64,000 bases of DNA, taken from positions 32,001 through 96,000 of the IMG/VR virus record IMGVR_UViG_3300047160_009226; one strand, 5' to 3'. The position numbers were made by a program, and so were the translations under genes. Positions within the stretch are counted from its first letter, which is position 1. Every line of letters starts with the position of its first letter. The notes beneath the pieces are model-generated. The model saw nothing but the letters and a program-made list of their open reading frames with translations, was not told the DNA's origin and made no database searches. Of this stretch, positions 18,708 to 28,868 are shown in pieces. The stretch comes from a virus. Taxonomy: Duplodnaviria > Caudoviricetes.

Positions 18708-19946
18708 CTAAGGCTTGCTTAGCTGAACCTTCTTTTCTGGCTTCTTGGCCCCTGCCTTCTTCGGTTCCTTTGGTTCATCATCATTCTCTAGATCCATCAC
18801 AGACAAAGTAACTGGAACTAATACACAACGATATGTATCGTCGTCTGTAGCTCTTTCATCTTCGATAAGAAATCTTGGCGGAACGGCTGATTCATAAAAT
18901 CTACCCTCCAAAATATCCCCTCCCATCTGGCCCAAACTGATCTCAAAAATCCGACAGTTCACTACGAATTGTATATCTTGATCTCCATCTGTTTCACGAA
19001 TAATGGGAAATCCTTCCTGTGATTTCTTCGAATCTGTAGTAAGAGTAGTGATGTAAATGAAAGAGTCTTCTTTTGATCCTGTAATCCGAACCAGTATTCT
19101 GTCAGCTTCTGCTGGTAAGAGAGTGTTCATAGTAGAGACCCCTTTCAGCAAGGTCTTCCCGTCAAACTTGATTACCGTTGGCTCTTGACTTCCAAGCTTG
19201 ACTTCACTTGGAAATATAGCGGTTTCCCCCAACACGGTAAACTTACTTCCTGATGTTGGACACTGAAAAGTATAATTCCTTCCAGAGATAGTGGTGTTTA
19301 CATCTTCTTGAAGAGCACTTAAAAAAGATATCACAGAGTTCAATGGCTTCTGCTTGAAATTCACGTGCACTGGAGGACACGGCATCCCTTCCACTCGAAT
19401 CAAATGACGTTGAGCCCCCGTAGCCAACAACCCATCTTTCAACCATGTAGCTACAGTATTTGATGATGTTGCACTAGCAGAATTAATAAATGGTTCGGCG
19501 AATTTAAAATTCTTGACAAGAGTTGCTGCACTAACCGAAAACGTCTCATACAATTGACCTCCAGCGGGAGTTTTAGGATACGGAATTGGATCCTCTTCAG
19601 GGATTCTCCATATCGTAACTCCACGAGTCAACGTAATTTGACCGTCTTCCTTAGTGATCTCGAAAGCAAGCCCATCATCCATCTTTGATAGAAAGTCATT
19701 GAGTTTAGATGAAGGAAGTACGATATCGTATACATCCTCAAACGGTTCCTCTGTCGGAATTATCCACGTCAACCAAGAAGATCCGTCTGTCGCATAAAGT
19801 GCCAACCCAGAACTTGGATCTGCCACCAGTCGATAATGATTCAGCCAAGGATATCTCTTGTTGGAGCCACCTCCAGAAATGTCTCTGACCTGATTTGCAA
19901 CTTTTGCCGCGAGCTTCAACTCAGCAGGGCGAACCTTGATCGACAT
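18708..19946 (-). CDS. dnaN: DNA polymerase III beta sliding clamp
   Basis: LALYATDG, IVLPSSKL..FL, YPKTP; three-domain length; dnaX present nearby. Confidence 0.7.
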   Translation of the reverse strand: MSIKVRPAELKLAAKVANQVRDISGGGSNKRYPWLNHYRLVADPSSGLALYATDGSSWLTWIIPTEEPFEDVYDIVLPSSKLNDFLSKMDDGLAFEITKEDGQITLTRGVTIWRIPEEDPIPYPKTPAGGQLYETFSVSAATLVKNFKFAEPFINSASATSSNTVATWLKDGLLATGAQRHLIRVEGMPCPPVHVNFKQKPLNSVISFLSALQEDVNTTISGRNYTFQCPTSGSKFTVLGETAIFPSEVKLGSQEPTVIKFDGKTLLKGVSTMNTLLPAEADRILVRITGSKEDSFIYITTLTTDSKKSQEGFPIIRETDGDQDIQFVVNCRIFEISLGQMGGDILEGRFYESAVPPRFLIEDERATDDDTYRCVLVPVTLSVMDLENDDEPKEPKKAGAKKPEKKVQLSKP

Positions 19947-19983
19947 AAATCATCCTCTCTTCAGGTACAGAATTGTTACTCGT

Positions 19984-20676
19984 TCACGTCCAGTTCTTGC
20001 CCTTGCTCTGAAAGAAACCAGTGTGAGCATAATCTTTATGTTGCCCATCAACATAAGAGTGTCCAGGCAATTGAACAGCGATATTAGGCCACAATGCATA
20101 GCACCTGTGAGATTTTTGTAGTTGATATCCCATCATAACATCCATAGGATTAGTAACTTTAAGATTCAGCATTGCAAGCATCATTTTAGTTCTTAGTCCA
20201 ACGCAGTGCGTCATAAATGATGTGTTACATCTTAATACATTGGGAGCCAATTCTTCAGTTATAGCCCAATAATGATTTGCTCCATAATAAAGGCAATCCC
20301 ACGAAGGTAATCTTCGTAGTTGCTCGGTAGCTAGTTTCAAAATTTCATCGAAATTTGGAATAAATTCACAGTCATCTTCTAGTAACAAGAAGCTCTTCAC
20401 CTTGTCATGGATAGCTTGCTGTAATACAGATCTAATCGCTATCGTTATAGCATAACTCCCTAGACCCGCTCTCCAATTTCTAGGGAGATCACTCTCTCGA
20501 AGAATTTGCTTATACCGCTCCTTGGGAAATAATTCGCCTTTGCCATTTAGCCAAAAATGTATCCTGTCCTCTCTCACTCCATGAGCCATCAACATCTTCT
20601 TGATTCGAGGAGCGTGTTCCTCATATCGATGGTCTACGCTCACGCAAGCAACTCTATCGTAATCGCATAAGTACAT
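19984..20676 (-). CDS. glycosyltransferase family 25-like
   Basis: CVSVDHR, LLLEDDCEF, THCVGL, D(V)MMG motifs. Confidence 0.75.
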   Translation of the reverse strand: MYLCDYDRVACVSVDHRYEEHAPRIKKMLMAHGVREDRIHFWLNGKGELFPKERYKQILRESDLPRNWRAGLGSYAITIAIRSVLQQAIHDKVKSFLLLEDDCEFIPNFDEILKLATEQLRRLPSWDCLYYGANHYWAITEELAPNVLRCNTSFMTHCVGLRTKMMLAMLNLKVTNPMDVMMGYQLQKSHRCYALWPNIAVQLPGHSYVDGQHKDYAHTGFFQSKGKNWT

Positions 20677-20677
20677 T

Positions 20678-20995
20678 CTACCTCTTCTGATCCAAAGCTA
20701 ACAGCGACTGTTCCGCTGCATCAAGTTGAGTCTTCAACTGTGTTAATGAGGTCTCGTACTCGACTGTACGCTTCTTAACCTCTTCAGATGATTTGACCAA
20801 GTCGGCCTGAATCGTTTGAGGAGAAGTCCCCAACGTCTTCATCTCTCCCACGATTCGAGTCAAATCTCGTTGTGCAGCCGCATGACGTTCACCCATAGCT
20901 GCTTGACGACGAATCAGATCTTCGCGAATTGCGTCCAATTCACGTAATCGTGCCAAAAACTTCTCTGCCTCAGACCCATTCGTACCGTCTGACAT
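20678..20995 (-). CDS. coiled-coil protein, candidate middle piece of the split SbcC
   Basis: 105 aa, heptad pattern throughout. Confidence 0.5.
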   Translation of the reverse strand: MSDGTNGSEAEKFLARLRELDAIREDLIRRQAAMGERHAAAQRDLTRIVGEMKTLGTSPQTIQADLVKSSEEVKKRTVEYETSLTQLKTQLDAAEQSLLALDQKR

Positions 20996-21002
20996 TTTCC
21001 CC

Positions 21003-21380
21003 TCACTTGTGCTCTAAACTTGGTAAATGAGAACATAAAGAAGATGTTATTCCTTGAGAGAAACATCTCTTCTTCCACTCCTCATATTCGCTGATAATGG
21101 CCTCCAGGATTCTCATGAGTACCAATCTCTGGTCAAATGAAAACGTCTCTTCTTTACTTACTAGCTCCCCCGCCCTTTGAATCGCGGATTCCCCAATTCC
21201 ACCCATGATCTGCTTAGCTAGATCCATCACAGCCGGACAATTGATCTCTGTGTTCATAGGCATATCCGGATAACGTAATGCTGTTCGAATCTTTTTCTCC
21301 AAAACGTCCCACCGAAGTTGCTCCCAGAATTGATCGAAAAATTCCATTTTATGAACTTTTTCTGGAACGGAACTATTCAT
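21003..21380 (-). CDS. hypothetical protein
   Basis: Translationally coupled ORF. Confidence 0.6.
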   Translation of the reverse strand: MNSSVPEKVHKMEFFDQFWEQLRWDVLEKKIRTALRYPDMPMNTEINCPAVMDLAKQIMGGIGESAIQRAGELVSKEETFSFDQRLVLMRILEAIISEYEEWKKRCFSQGITSSLCSHLPSLEHK

Positions 21381-22417
21381 AAATCTCCCCCTTCCGCTTG
21401 GAGCAAATATTCTTTCGTCAGACTTGCTACTCGTGAAGAAACAGATCCACTGGTCTCGATAAAATTGAGTAAAACATCAATGGTTGTTCCCTTTGTCTGT
21501 AATCTGCGACACTCTTCTATAAACATGTGCTCAACTTCTTGTCGTTTCTTTTCTTTTTTTTGGTTATCGAAATTAAATACATATTCAGGTGCGTCATGAG
21601 CAATAGTAATCAATTCAATCTCATGATGCCCATTCGATTCGAAATTAATACTGACCATCTTCGGTTCACGACCAATATCCTTCTCGGCAATAGTACCACG
21701 AAGCAAAGCCCCTGGTTCTATAATATACTTGAAACTACCGTCATCATCTTCAAGAACTTGAACCCCTTTAAGAGAGTGATCATGACCAGCCAATACCACA
21801 TCAATTCCAGTATCGATAATTTCATCGTACGAAGTAATTGGCTCTCCAAATTGATAACCACAATAAGGTCCGAAAAAACCATGACAAAGCGCTAAAGCAA
21901 AAACAGGAACTCCATACTCCTTAGATATATCCGTCTTCCATTCAATCAGTGTTTCTTCATCCCGGAGGCTTTCCAACCAAGCTGCGGGGCCATCAGCGTG
22001 AAATTCTTTACCTGTAATTAAAATAACAGGATCTAATCCGATCAGTGCATAATTCGGCCACATGACCGATGTGATCAATCCAGCTTTTTCCAGACATCCA
22101 TAAGGATGGCTTCTGAGTGAATCTACCTTATGGCCAAACAAATCGTGGTTTCCAGGGATGGTAAACCACGGAGCCGGTGCCTTACGGAACTTCTCCATGA
22201 GCCATTGATCAACCATGCGATCAATAAGCTGTCCTTTAGGCTGATTAAAGAGATCTCCCCCGTGCACAAGTGCTCGGGCTTGAATTTCTTTTGAAATCCG
22301 AAAGAACTCGTCGAGTTTTTTGGATTGAGTAGCGATCCAATCCTCATCCGTTCGGGATGCTGGTCTCCGATTCGACCAGTGAGAATCAACTATTCCTGTA
22401 ATAGGCGTGTTTCCCAT
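21377..22417 (-). CDS. SbcD/Mre11-like metallophosphoesterase nuclease
   Basis: DSHW, GGDLF, PGNHD, GHDH metallophosphoesterase motifs, PGAL. Confidence 0.88.
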   Translation of the reverse strand: MGNTPITGIVDSHWSNRRPASRTDEDWIATQSKKLDEFFRISKEIQARALVHGGDLFNQPKGQLIDRMVDQWLMEKFRKAPAPWFTIPGNHDLFGHKVDSLRSHPYGCLEKAGLITSVMWPNYALIGLDPVILITGKEFHADGPAAWLESLRDEETLIEWKTDISKEYGVPVFALALCHGFFGPYCGYQFGEPITSYDEIIDTGIDVVLAGHDHSLKGVQVLEDDDGSFKYIIEPGALLRGTIAEKDIGREPKMVSINFESNGHHEIELITIAHDAPEYVFNFDNQKKEKKRQEVEHMFIEECRRLQTKGTTIDVLLNFIETSGSVSSRVASLTKEYLLQAEGGDL

Positions 22418-22423
22418 AATCTT

Positions 22424-22690
22424 CTATAATCCACTCTCAAAAGACTTCGATGCTAATTCCCAAAGAAATTCTTCTGAAGCAGATCCGGCTCCAATGTGAG
22501 GACTCCCTTCACTGCCATCTTTAGATTGACTAATTGCATATTTCTCGATTTTATCAAGAGCATTCGCGAGTTCTTCCCACCTTGCTGCTCTCCTTCTGAG
22601 GCGATTAGCACGATCACGCATCGCAGTTATCGCGCTTATTCTCCGCACCTTGCTAGAAGCTTCCTGACTTTTATTTGAAGGATTCATCAC
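22424..22690 (-). CDS. hypothetical protein
   Basis: ORF in operon. Confidence 0.5.
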   Translation of the reverse strand: MMNPSNKSQEASSKVRRISAITAMRDRANRLRRRAARWEELANALDKIEKYAISQSKDGSEGSPHIGAGSASEEFLWELASKSFESGL

Positions 22691-22718
22691 CCCTCATCCT
22701 TTCTTATATCTTTGTCCT

Positions 22719-23294
22719 TTATGTCGTCTCAAACCGCATCCCTTTCCATTTATTTGCTAATAACGCATGATATCTCCAGAAATCTCTATGCCACACTTCC
22801 CTTTCACTGAGAGTATGGTCCGAATCCTTGTGTGAAGCATCAGCTGCTGGAACTATAACTTCCATTCCAATCTTTTGCGCCTGTAAACATAAATCAGGAA
22901 CATGGCAATGAAAACCATTAAAGAGTACACCATCAAACCGCAAATTACATCGTATAGGAAAGAAAATAGAACAGCCGTCTAATGTCGAGACTTTTCCAGG
23001 ATTTGCATGGCACCAATGATATACACCATCTAAACTTTTCCCCACAATGCCACAAACCTTTCCCTCCATTGCAATCTTTGTAAAAATCTCCAAGGAACCT
23101 GGACCAAACCAAGCATTATTATGGCAAAGTCCGAAAACATCTCGGCTATTCTGTAAATAACGATTAGCAATCGTAGCTAAAGGTTCATGATTAATGTTGG
23201 CAACAAATACCAATTCACAATCTCCGATATGTGCTCTATCGAAGACCTTAAAAGAGTCCTCATTCTTACCAATAGCCACAAGGGTTAATTGCAC
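22719..23294 (-). CDS. glycosyltransferase-like family 2 protein
   Basis: GLCHNN, VCGIVG, STLDGCSIFF, FHCHVPDLCLQA. Confidence 0.65.
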   Translation of the reverse strand: MQLTLVAIGKNEDSFKVFDRAHIGDCELVFVANINHEPLATIANRYLQNSRDVFGLCHNNAWFGPGSLEIFTKIAMEGKVCGIVGKSLDGVYHWCHANPGKVSTLDGCSIFFPIRCNLRFDGVLFNGFHCHVPDLCLQAQKIGMEVIVPAADASHKDSDHTLSEREVWHRDFWRYHALLANKWKGMRFETT

Positions 23295-23354
23295 AAATCT
23301 CTACCCCAATCAAAGAAGGGGAGTACACTACGAACATACTCCCCTTTTCATTGA

Positions 23355-23543
23355 TCAATCGGACTTTTGATCCTCTTTACCCGGGCCTTTATTCATGATC
23401 TCTTCCCGAAAAATCTTGATTTCTGATGGGGCCTCAAATCCTATTTTAACCCGACCCTTGTGTCTGTTGATATAAGTAATCGTCATCCGAATGTTATCAT
23501 TAATGACGATAGACTCATGGAGCTTACGACTCAAAACTAGCAT
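23355..23543 (-). CDS. csrA: carbon storage regulator CsrA/RsmA
   Basis: [18 protein letters not shown]...[18 protein letters not shown]; start MLVLSRK (track 23582). Confidence 0.92.
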   Translation of the reverse strand: MLVLSRKLHESIVINDNIRMTITYINRHKGRVKIGFEAPSEIKIFREEIMNKGPGKEDQKSD

Positions 23544-23574
23544 GCGTGTCCTTTCTCTCGGGGGTGAACTAGAA

Positions 23575-24792
23575 TCAAACACTAATACTTATCGCCTCTT
23601 CAGAACAATACACTCCATTCTTCATCGGAGCCAAACAAAGTGGGCATCTTTCTATTCCACCTACAAGATGATTAATCTTTTCCCGCTCTCCATCAATTTC
23701 CTTTAACTCTGTAGTAATCTCACCCATCACTCGTGCGTAAGAATCTATCTCTTTCTGTGCTTTAAGAAACTGTTCCTGGAGACTTTTTAATGAGTTAATC
23801 CGGTTTACAATTCTCTGACCATCTAATCTCTCAGGCTGCTTTGTAGATACCACCTGACCCATGATTTTAATCTGATGGGAAATCCGATTTGATTCATTAT
23901 AGAGCCTGGTGATTTCTGTGATATATTCGCGTCCATCCATTACTTCAGGAACAGTTCCCTGATTTTTCGAGGACATTTCAACTATAGAACATGCCTGAGT
24001 ATATCTCTTGTGCAAATCAATAAGTTTCTCATGATGCGAAACATCCAAAGTCACAGGAACAGTAGCCTTTGCCACTACACTAGAGACCTTCCAGCCAGTC
24101 CAAGAAGATCGATACCTTCCAACCAGATCTCGGTACGTAGACGCCTTCGTGAGTGCCTCGTTTCGGACTGTCTCAGTCTGATCCATTTTCTGTTGTAATG
24201 CGTTTAACTTTACAGCAAACTCCTCCATCCTCTCGACAGTAGTAAGTAACTCTTGATGCTGCTTTTCAAGGAATTCTGTCTTTGTCTTACACTTAGTCAC
24301 ATCAGCGTTGACAAGTTTAATTGCCCGACTAATCTTTACAGTATCCTGGCTGGCTCCCAGGAGTTCAGCCGCAATCGTGTCGGTATATGCTCCAATAATA
24401 AAAGGCTGTTCCCACTGGAAGTGAATCTGAGGCCAGTGAAGTTCTTTATCAAGAGTCTTAATAGCATAAAGACCAGTCGCCCTCACCTCATCGGGAACCG
24501 TACCCCTGCCTGGCCTATTAATCTTAACTCCATCAACTTCATATAATGTAGATTTTTGATTCTTGTACCATCTAACCTTGTGACCCAATGACTCAATAAC
24601 CACTTCACAAACCAATTCATTTTCCGTAATAAACTCGGTGCCAGCACGGTTAGATAACGCTGCATGAATAGCCCGAATTACTGCCGACTTACCCAGGTTC
24701 GACTCACCCTCGATTACACTATACCCGTCTACTAAAATTTCAACGGAATTTTTAATCGACTGAAAACCCTTAATTTTAATCTTTAAGCTCAA
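23575..24792 (-). CDS. SbcC/Rad50-like ABC ATPase, N-terminal half ending in a zinc hook
   Basis: IKIKGFQSI, Walker [10 protein letters not shown]-loop QIHFQ, coiled coil, C-terminal CPLC; no Walker B. Confidence 0.82.
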   Translation of the reverse strand: MSLKIKIKGFQSIKNSVEILVDGYSVIEGESNLGKSAVIRAIHAALSNRAGTEFITENELVCEVVIESLGHKVRWYKNQKSTLYEVDGVKINRPGRGTVPDEVRATGLYAIKTLDKELHWPQIHFQWEQPFIIGAYTDTIAAELLGASQDTVKISRAIKLVNADVTKCKTKTEFLEKQHQELLTTVERMEEFAVKLNALQQKMDQTETVRNEALTKASTYRDLVGRYRSSWTGWKVSSVVAKATVPVTLDVSHHEKLIDLHKRYTQACSIVEMSSKNQGTVPEVMDGREYITEITRLYNESNRISHQIKIMGQVVSTKQPERLDGQRIVNRINSLKSLQEQFLKAQKEIDSYARVMGEITTELKEIDGEREKINHLVGGIERCPLCLAPMKNGVYCSEEAISISV

Positions 24793-25179
24793 TTAAAGTC
24801 TCCTTAACAAATAAGGTTCAATAAAATCTTCAAGACCCTTATACTTCAAATCGGGGCGAAACTTAAACCGACCCTTAATCGGTGGTAAATTCCATTCTCC
24901 TTCTGTCACTTTAACGGGTACACTTGTTTTACCAGACAGTAAATACTCAACCATTCGATGATAACCATTCGTCAATTGATACCGTCGTGATTTAGGAAGG
25001 TATGCAACCTCCAGAGGGCCTTCAGTCACAGCCGGATAACCTCGTGCAATATTCTCCGCAGCCGCAAGTAGTTCATCCTGTGTCATGATCAAAGAATCAA
25101 TGGGTAACTCCATTAAATCTTGACGAACTGCCGTCCTATCTAAAAGGATCCGTGCTAATCGCAAAGATCTAAAATTCAT
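24793..25179 (-). CDS. ParB/sulfiredoxin-like domain protein with an RSxRLA leader
   Basis: YQLTNGYHRMVEYLLSGKTSVPV. Confidence 0.6.
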   Translation of the reverse strand: MNFRSLRLARILLDRTAVRQDLMELPIDSLIMTQDELLAAAENIARGYPAVTEGPLEVAYLPKSRRYQLTNGYHRMVEYLLSGKTSVPVKVTEGEWNLPPIKGRFKFRPDLKYKGLEDFIEPYLLRRL

Positions 25180-25531
25180 CTTTGATGGACCAGATTACAT
25201 GATCTCTTTCACCACTATTGTCAACAACCTCCTCGAACCACTTAGAATTTATTGCAAATTCCACCAATGTTTCTCTTTGCCTTTCGTTTATTGGAGTATA
25301 AGATACATTCTCAATGACAAGAGTTTTCCAGTAATAAGTAATTCGCAACCAACCGTCATCAAATAATTTTTCTAAAGTTGTTCCATGATCAGCAGCCCAC
25401 TGATCATGGGAAAACGCTATTGGATGAAATATGCCGCTTGGATCAAGCCAAGATGTAGCATTTTGCTTCTTATAGACAGCCGCTTGTCTTACCAAAACAC
25501 AGGCCAATCTCATAGAACGATCAAAGCCCAC
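25169..25531 (-). CDS. hypothetical protein with an RSxRLA leader
   Basis: MGFDRSMRLACVLVRQAA; HDQWA..GWLRI. Confidence 0.6.
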   Translation of the reverse strand: MGFDRSMRLACVLVRQAAVYKKQNATSWLDPSGIFHPIAFSHDQWAADHGTTLEKLFDDGWLRITYYWKTLVIENVSYTPINERQRETLVEFAINSKWFEEVVDNSGERDHVIWSIKDEF

Positions 25532-25656
25532 GTATTAATAACCCCATCTATATCTTGTATGATTATGGAAATAAATGGCTGCGTATTACACCAGCCATTT
25601 ATTTCCACAGAAATTCCAAATCAAAATCTGGAACGACGAAGGAAGTCAACCATAGA

Positions 25657-26442
25657 CTACTCTCCCTCTTTTTGCTCCTTATCCTTGTCTTTGTCCTTTT
25701 CCTCACTCAATGCCAAAGGGTTGGGAGGCAATGGTTGGTCGTTAGCGAACGGCTTGTTCACCAACTCGTGATGCTGGTGAATCAATGTCGCATACTCCTC
25801 CTGGCTGAGCTGTCCAAGGCGAAGACCCTTGTCATACTTAGTTTTCGCACTCTTTGAGTAGGTCCCCGACAAGTTTACTTGCCTTTCAATATATGCACGA
25901 AACAAGGGATGATTCGTCCTTGGATCACCTGGCGGAAATACTGGAAATGAAACGAATCCAATCGTCATGTTGTTCCCGTTTGGTATCGTATTGCGATACC
26001 ATTCATCTGTGAGCTGTTTATTTCGATCCGGATGTGAATTGTGCTTCAGACCCGGAAGAATGATCTTCTTACACTTCTTCTTGCGTGGAAGAACATCCGT
26101 CTTCAAATCCAAAAGAGCACCTTGCTTCAAATCTTCACGATGAGAATCATCTGGCATTCGTATTTGCCGTTCAAGAATCTTGGCACTCACAGGAACAACC
26201 ATGATCTGTGCCTCCCACAGCATCTTGGCCATCGGCTGGCCATACTTCTGCCAGTGCTGGTTGGTCGATCTCAATCCTTGCAATCTGGCGGTAAACTTGT
26301 CATCGTTAAAACGCAGGTATTCGTTATAAAACGAACCCCACGAAATGAACAATGACTCAGTCTTCAAATGAAATTGCTCTATCGCATAATCCTTTAGTTG
26401 AGCAACGAACAAATGCTTCTTCAGACTATATGCTGACGACAT
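25657..26442 (-). CDS. hypothetical protein
   Basis: 261-aa ORF. Confidence 0.6.
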   Translation of the reverse strand: MSSAYSLKKHLFVAQLKDYAIEQFHLKTESLFISWGSFYNEYLRFNDDKFTARLQGLRSTNQHWQKYGQPMAKMLWEAQIMVVPVSAKILERQIRMPDDSHREDLKQGALLDLKTDVLPRKKKCKKIILPGLKHNSHPDRNKQLTDEWYRNTIPNGNNMTIGFVSFPVFPPGDPRTNHPLFRAYIERQVNLSGTYSKSAKTKYDKGLRLGQLSQEEYATLIHQHHELVNKPFANDQPLPPNPLALSEEKDKDKDKEQKEGE

Positions 26443-26469
26443 AAGTTCCTCCGTCCGGTCCTAGCCGGA

Positions 26470-27603
26470 TCATTTGCCCCGGAATGGGGCTGCAAAAGCA
26501 GATGCCCTGCCAATCAGAGCATCGAACTGCTGGCACAACTCATGACGAGTTGAATCTGACATATCCGATACATGCTCCGTTATAAGTGCAATGTCTTGAA
26601 GCAATTTGCTATTGGAATCATTCAAGATATTTTGAAGAAGTGGAATCAAACTCTTGCGTGCATAACCATCGACGTCAACAAGTTGACTTGCTGTGAATGT
26701 CGAAGCTTTATATTTAGCAGCTTCCTCTTTGACACCACGAACTCCTATGTTACCATTGCGAAGTTGCGGAGTTGTATTCTGTATAAACTGTTTGCTTTTT
26801 TCTTTCGCCGCCGCATCATGCTGCTTAGCTTGTGCTTCTAGAATCGCAACCTGTCGATTCAGAATGCTTTTAACCTGTGGTGAAGATTCCATATCAGCCC
26901 TCTTCTGAGCGACCTTAGCTTCATCCCGATTTGCTTGAGCAACTCGCTTTTCACTTTGATAGATCGACGCTTGTTCTCTCACGATATGATCCATGTCAGA
27001 TCGCGAAAGCCCTTTCAAATTATCCTCGTGAAGAAATCCCCGGTCAATCGCATCAATAGCCCGGAACGCAGTCTCGCAGGCAAAGTTAGGTCTAAGGCCA
27101 CTCGCATGTTTTCTGGTCCATCCCAGGAATTCAGCTACGGTCGCCTTGGTATAGGAACGTAGGCCAGATCCTTGGCCCACGTTCCTGATTAGGTCCTTCC
27201 TAGTATCTCTCGGCACATTCGGAAAGTCGGGTGGTCCAATCTCGCCTCTCCCATAAGCTGCGATTACAGTTCGGATCGTCTCCAACTCAACCCAGGCCGA
27301 CGTACTCCACTCCTCCATGTTCTCACGAGCCATCATCTTAATCATTTCCGCATTGCTGAGATCCCGGATGATAATCTCGACTTTCTTTATCGCGAGTTCT
27401 TGCAAAGCCACCACTCGATGGTGACCAAATGCGATTTCAACTTGGCCTTTGACTTCTCGGCCAACAATGGTTCCCCAGAAACCCGTAGAATCGATACTCT
27501 CTTTAAGAGCATCGACCTTCTCACGGAGAATTGGATACTCATCAAGCCGTCGCCATGGATTCTCTATCAAACTTGCGACCGAAACGGTTTTCAACATCGT
27601 CAA
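26470..27603 (-). CDS. ParB N-terminal domain protein
   Basis: ENPWR, VEIAFGHHRVVAL, MMARENM. Confidence 0.75.
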   Translation of the reverse strand: MTMLKTVSVASLIENPWRRLDEYPILREKVDALKESIDSTGFWGTIVGREVKGQVEIAFGHHRVVALQELAIKKVEIIIRDLSNAEMIKMMARENMEEWSTSAWVELETIRTVIAAYGRGEIGPPDFPNVPRDTRKDLIRNVGQGSGLRSYTKATVAEFLGWTRKHASGLRPNFACETAFRAIDAIDRGFLHEDNLKGLSRSDMDHIVREQASIYQSEKRVAQANRDEAKVAQKRADMESSPQVKSILNRQVAILEAQAKQHDAAAKEKSKQFIQNTTPQLRNGNIGVRGVKEEAAKYKASTFTASQLVDVDGYARKSLIPLLQNILNDSNSKLLQDIALITEHVSDMSDSTRHELCQQFDALIGRASAFAAPFRGK

Positions 27604-27718
27604 AACTCCTCGTGGTGTTTGGAAACCTGTGGAATGATCAAAACTTAGGTACTAATAACCCCGCTCTTCTTCCAAGGTTCCATACCGAGACATCCAGAAC
27701 TCATCCCCAATTTCATTA

Positions 27719-27762
27719 TTCATTTCACGTGTGTGACAGCGTCGTCCCACGCGTGAAATGAA
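27719..27762. terminator. long stem-loop after the PEP-CTERM gene
   Basis: TTCATTTCACGT...GCGTGAAATGAA inverted repeat; U-tract weak. Confidence 0.45.
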
Positions 27763-27770
27763 AACTTACA

Positions 27771-28466
27771 TCAACTTGTTTTCAAAATTTTCTGCTTGCA
27801 CTTCCTAAAAGCCATCCCCGCGAAAACTACACTCATGCCCATACCCAGCGTCACCATCGGAGTGGGCTCAGGTATACTCGACATGGAGAACGAACCACTG
27901 CCCGTTATGGCAGCTCCTGGCGTGCTGAACAGTCCAGCGAAGTTTTTTGTCCCGGTGAACGTGGTTCCGGTAATGGCGAAGTTCATCCCGCCACCTGGCA
28001 TATGACTGAAGTCATACATCGGATCCAGGTTGGAAATCAGACTGGTAATGCTCCCCGACATGTTGAAGAAAGTAGGTAACGCCAGAGGCGCTACACCTGT
28101 CTTCTGATTGAAGTCCAAGATGCCTTGGGCACCAGGAGTAGTGCCAAAGACAACTTCGTATGTCGGAGGAACGAGCCCCAAACTATACGTCCCCAAACCA
28201 GTCGGCGTCACCAACAAAGTAACTGGACCCTGCACCTCTGCAGGATCGGGCACGACAGTCACCCCGTTGAGGTTGTTCAAAAACGACTGGGTGTTGGGCA
28301 ACATCGTGATCGAAATGGTAGCAGTGCCACTACCATTGATCCCAACATTAGTCATTGTGATTCCACCGATGGTCCCTGAGGCGGTGTCAACCACAACATC
28401 AGCTTGGGCAGTCCCAAGCAATCCAGTTAAGGCCATGAATATGGCCCAAACTAAAATCCTTCTCAT
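27771..28466 (-). CDS. secreted PEP-CTERM sorting-domain protein
   Basis: Signal peptide MRRILVWAIFMALTGLLGTAQA; C-terminal IPEPTPMVTLGMGMSVVFAGMAF-RKCKQK. Confidence 0.85.
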   Translation of the reverse strand: MRRILVWAIFMALTGLLGTAQADVVVDTASGTIGGITMTNVGINGSGTATISITMLPNTQSFLNNLNGVTVVPDPAEVQGPVTLLVTPTGLGTYSLGLVPPTYEVVFGTTPGAQGILDFNQKTGVAPLALPTFFNMSGSITSLISNLDPMYDFSHMPGGGMNFAITGTTFTGTKNFAGLFSTPGAAITGSGSFSMSSIPEPTPMVTLGMGMSVVFAGMAFRKCKQKILKTS

Positions 28467-28628
28467 GAAAATCCCTCCTAAGTGAAAAAAGTGTTAAAAA
28501 ATCTCAGCGACTCGAAACCTCCTTTCTCAGATCAAAGGTTCCATGATCCCCGTAATACCCATATACCAGGCTCATAGCCAGAATTCTCTGTCAATCTAAA
28601 ATTCTTTGATCCTTCATTGTTATCCACA

Positions 28629-28868
28629 TCAGCTATCTTTATTACTTTGACTTCTACGTAAACTCATTAGAGTCTTTAATGCTATATCTGTTCTAGATGC
28701 CTCCAACTCAATCATCAAATTATAAAGCTCGATCTCTGTCGTCTCCTCCATTTCCAGCACCTTTAATATCATCGGAATTTGTTTCATGGCTTGATTCATC
28801 ATGACCTTCTTGTGATTTTTCTCGAGGAGGCAGAGTTGTGTAAGGAGTACTTCTCGTCTGTTTAACAT
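28629..28868 (-). CDS. small hypothetical protein
   Basis: Overlaps the 3' end of the DUF6065 gene; uncertain. Confidence 0.3.
   Translation of the reverse strand: MLNRREVLLTQLCLLEKNHKKVMMNQAMKQIPMILKVLEMEETTEIELYNLMIELEASRTDIALKTLMSLRRSQSNKDS

Noticed and set aside
18681-18709. ACTATACC sites at 18681 and 24718 as extra promoter copies
   Set aside because: No GAGAAA-like hexamer at 17-bp spacing
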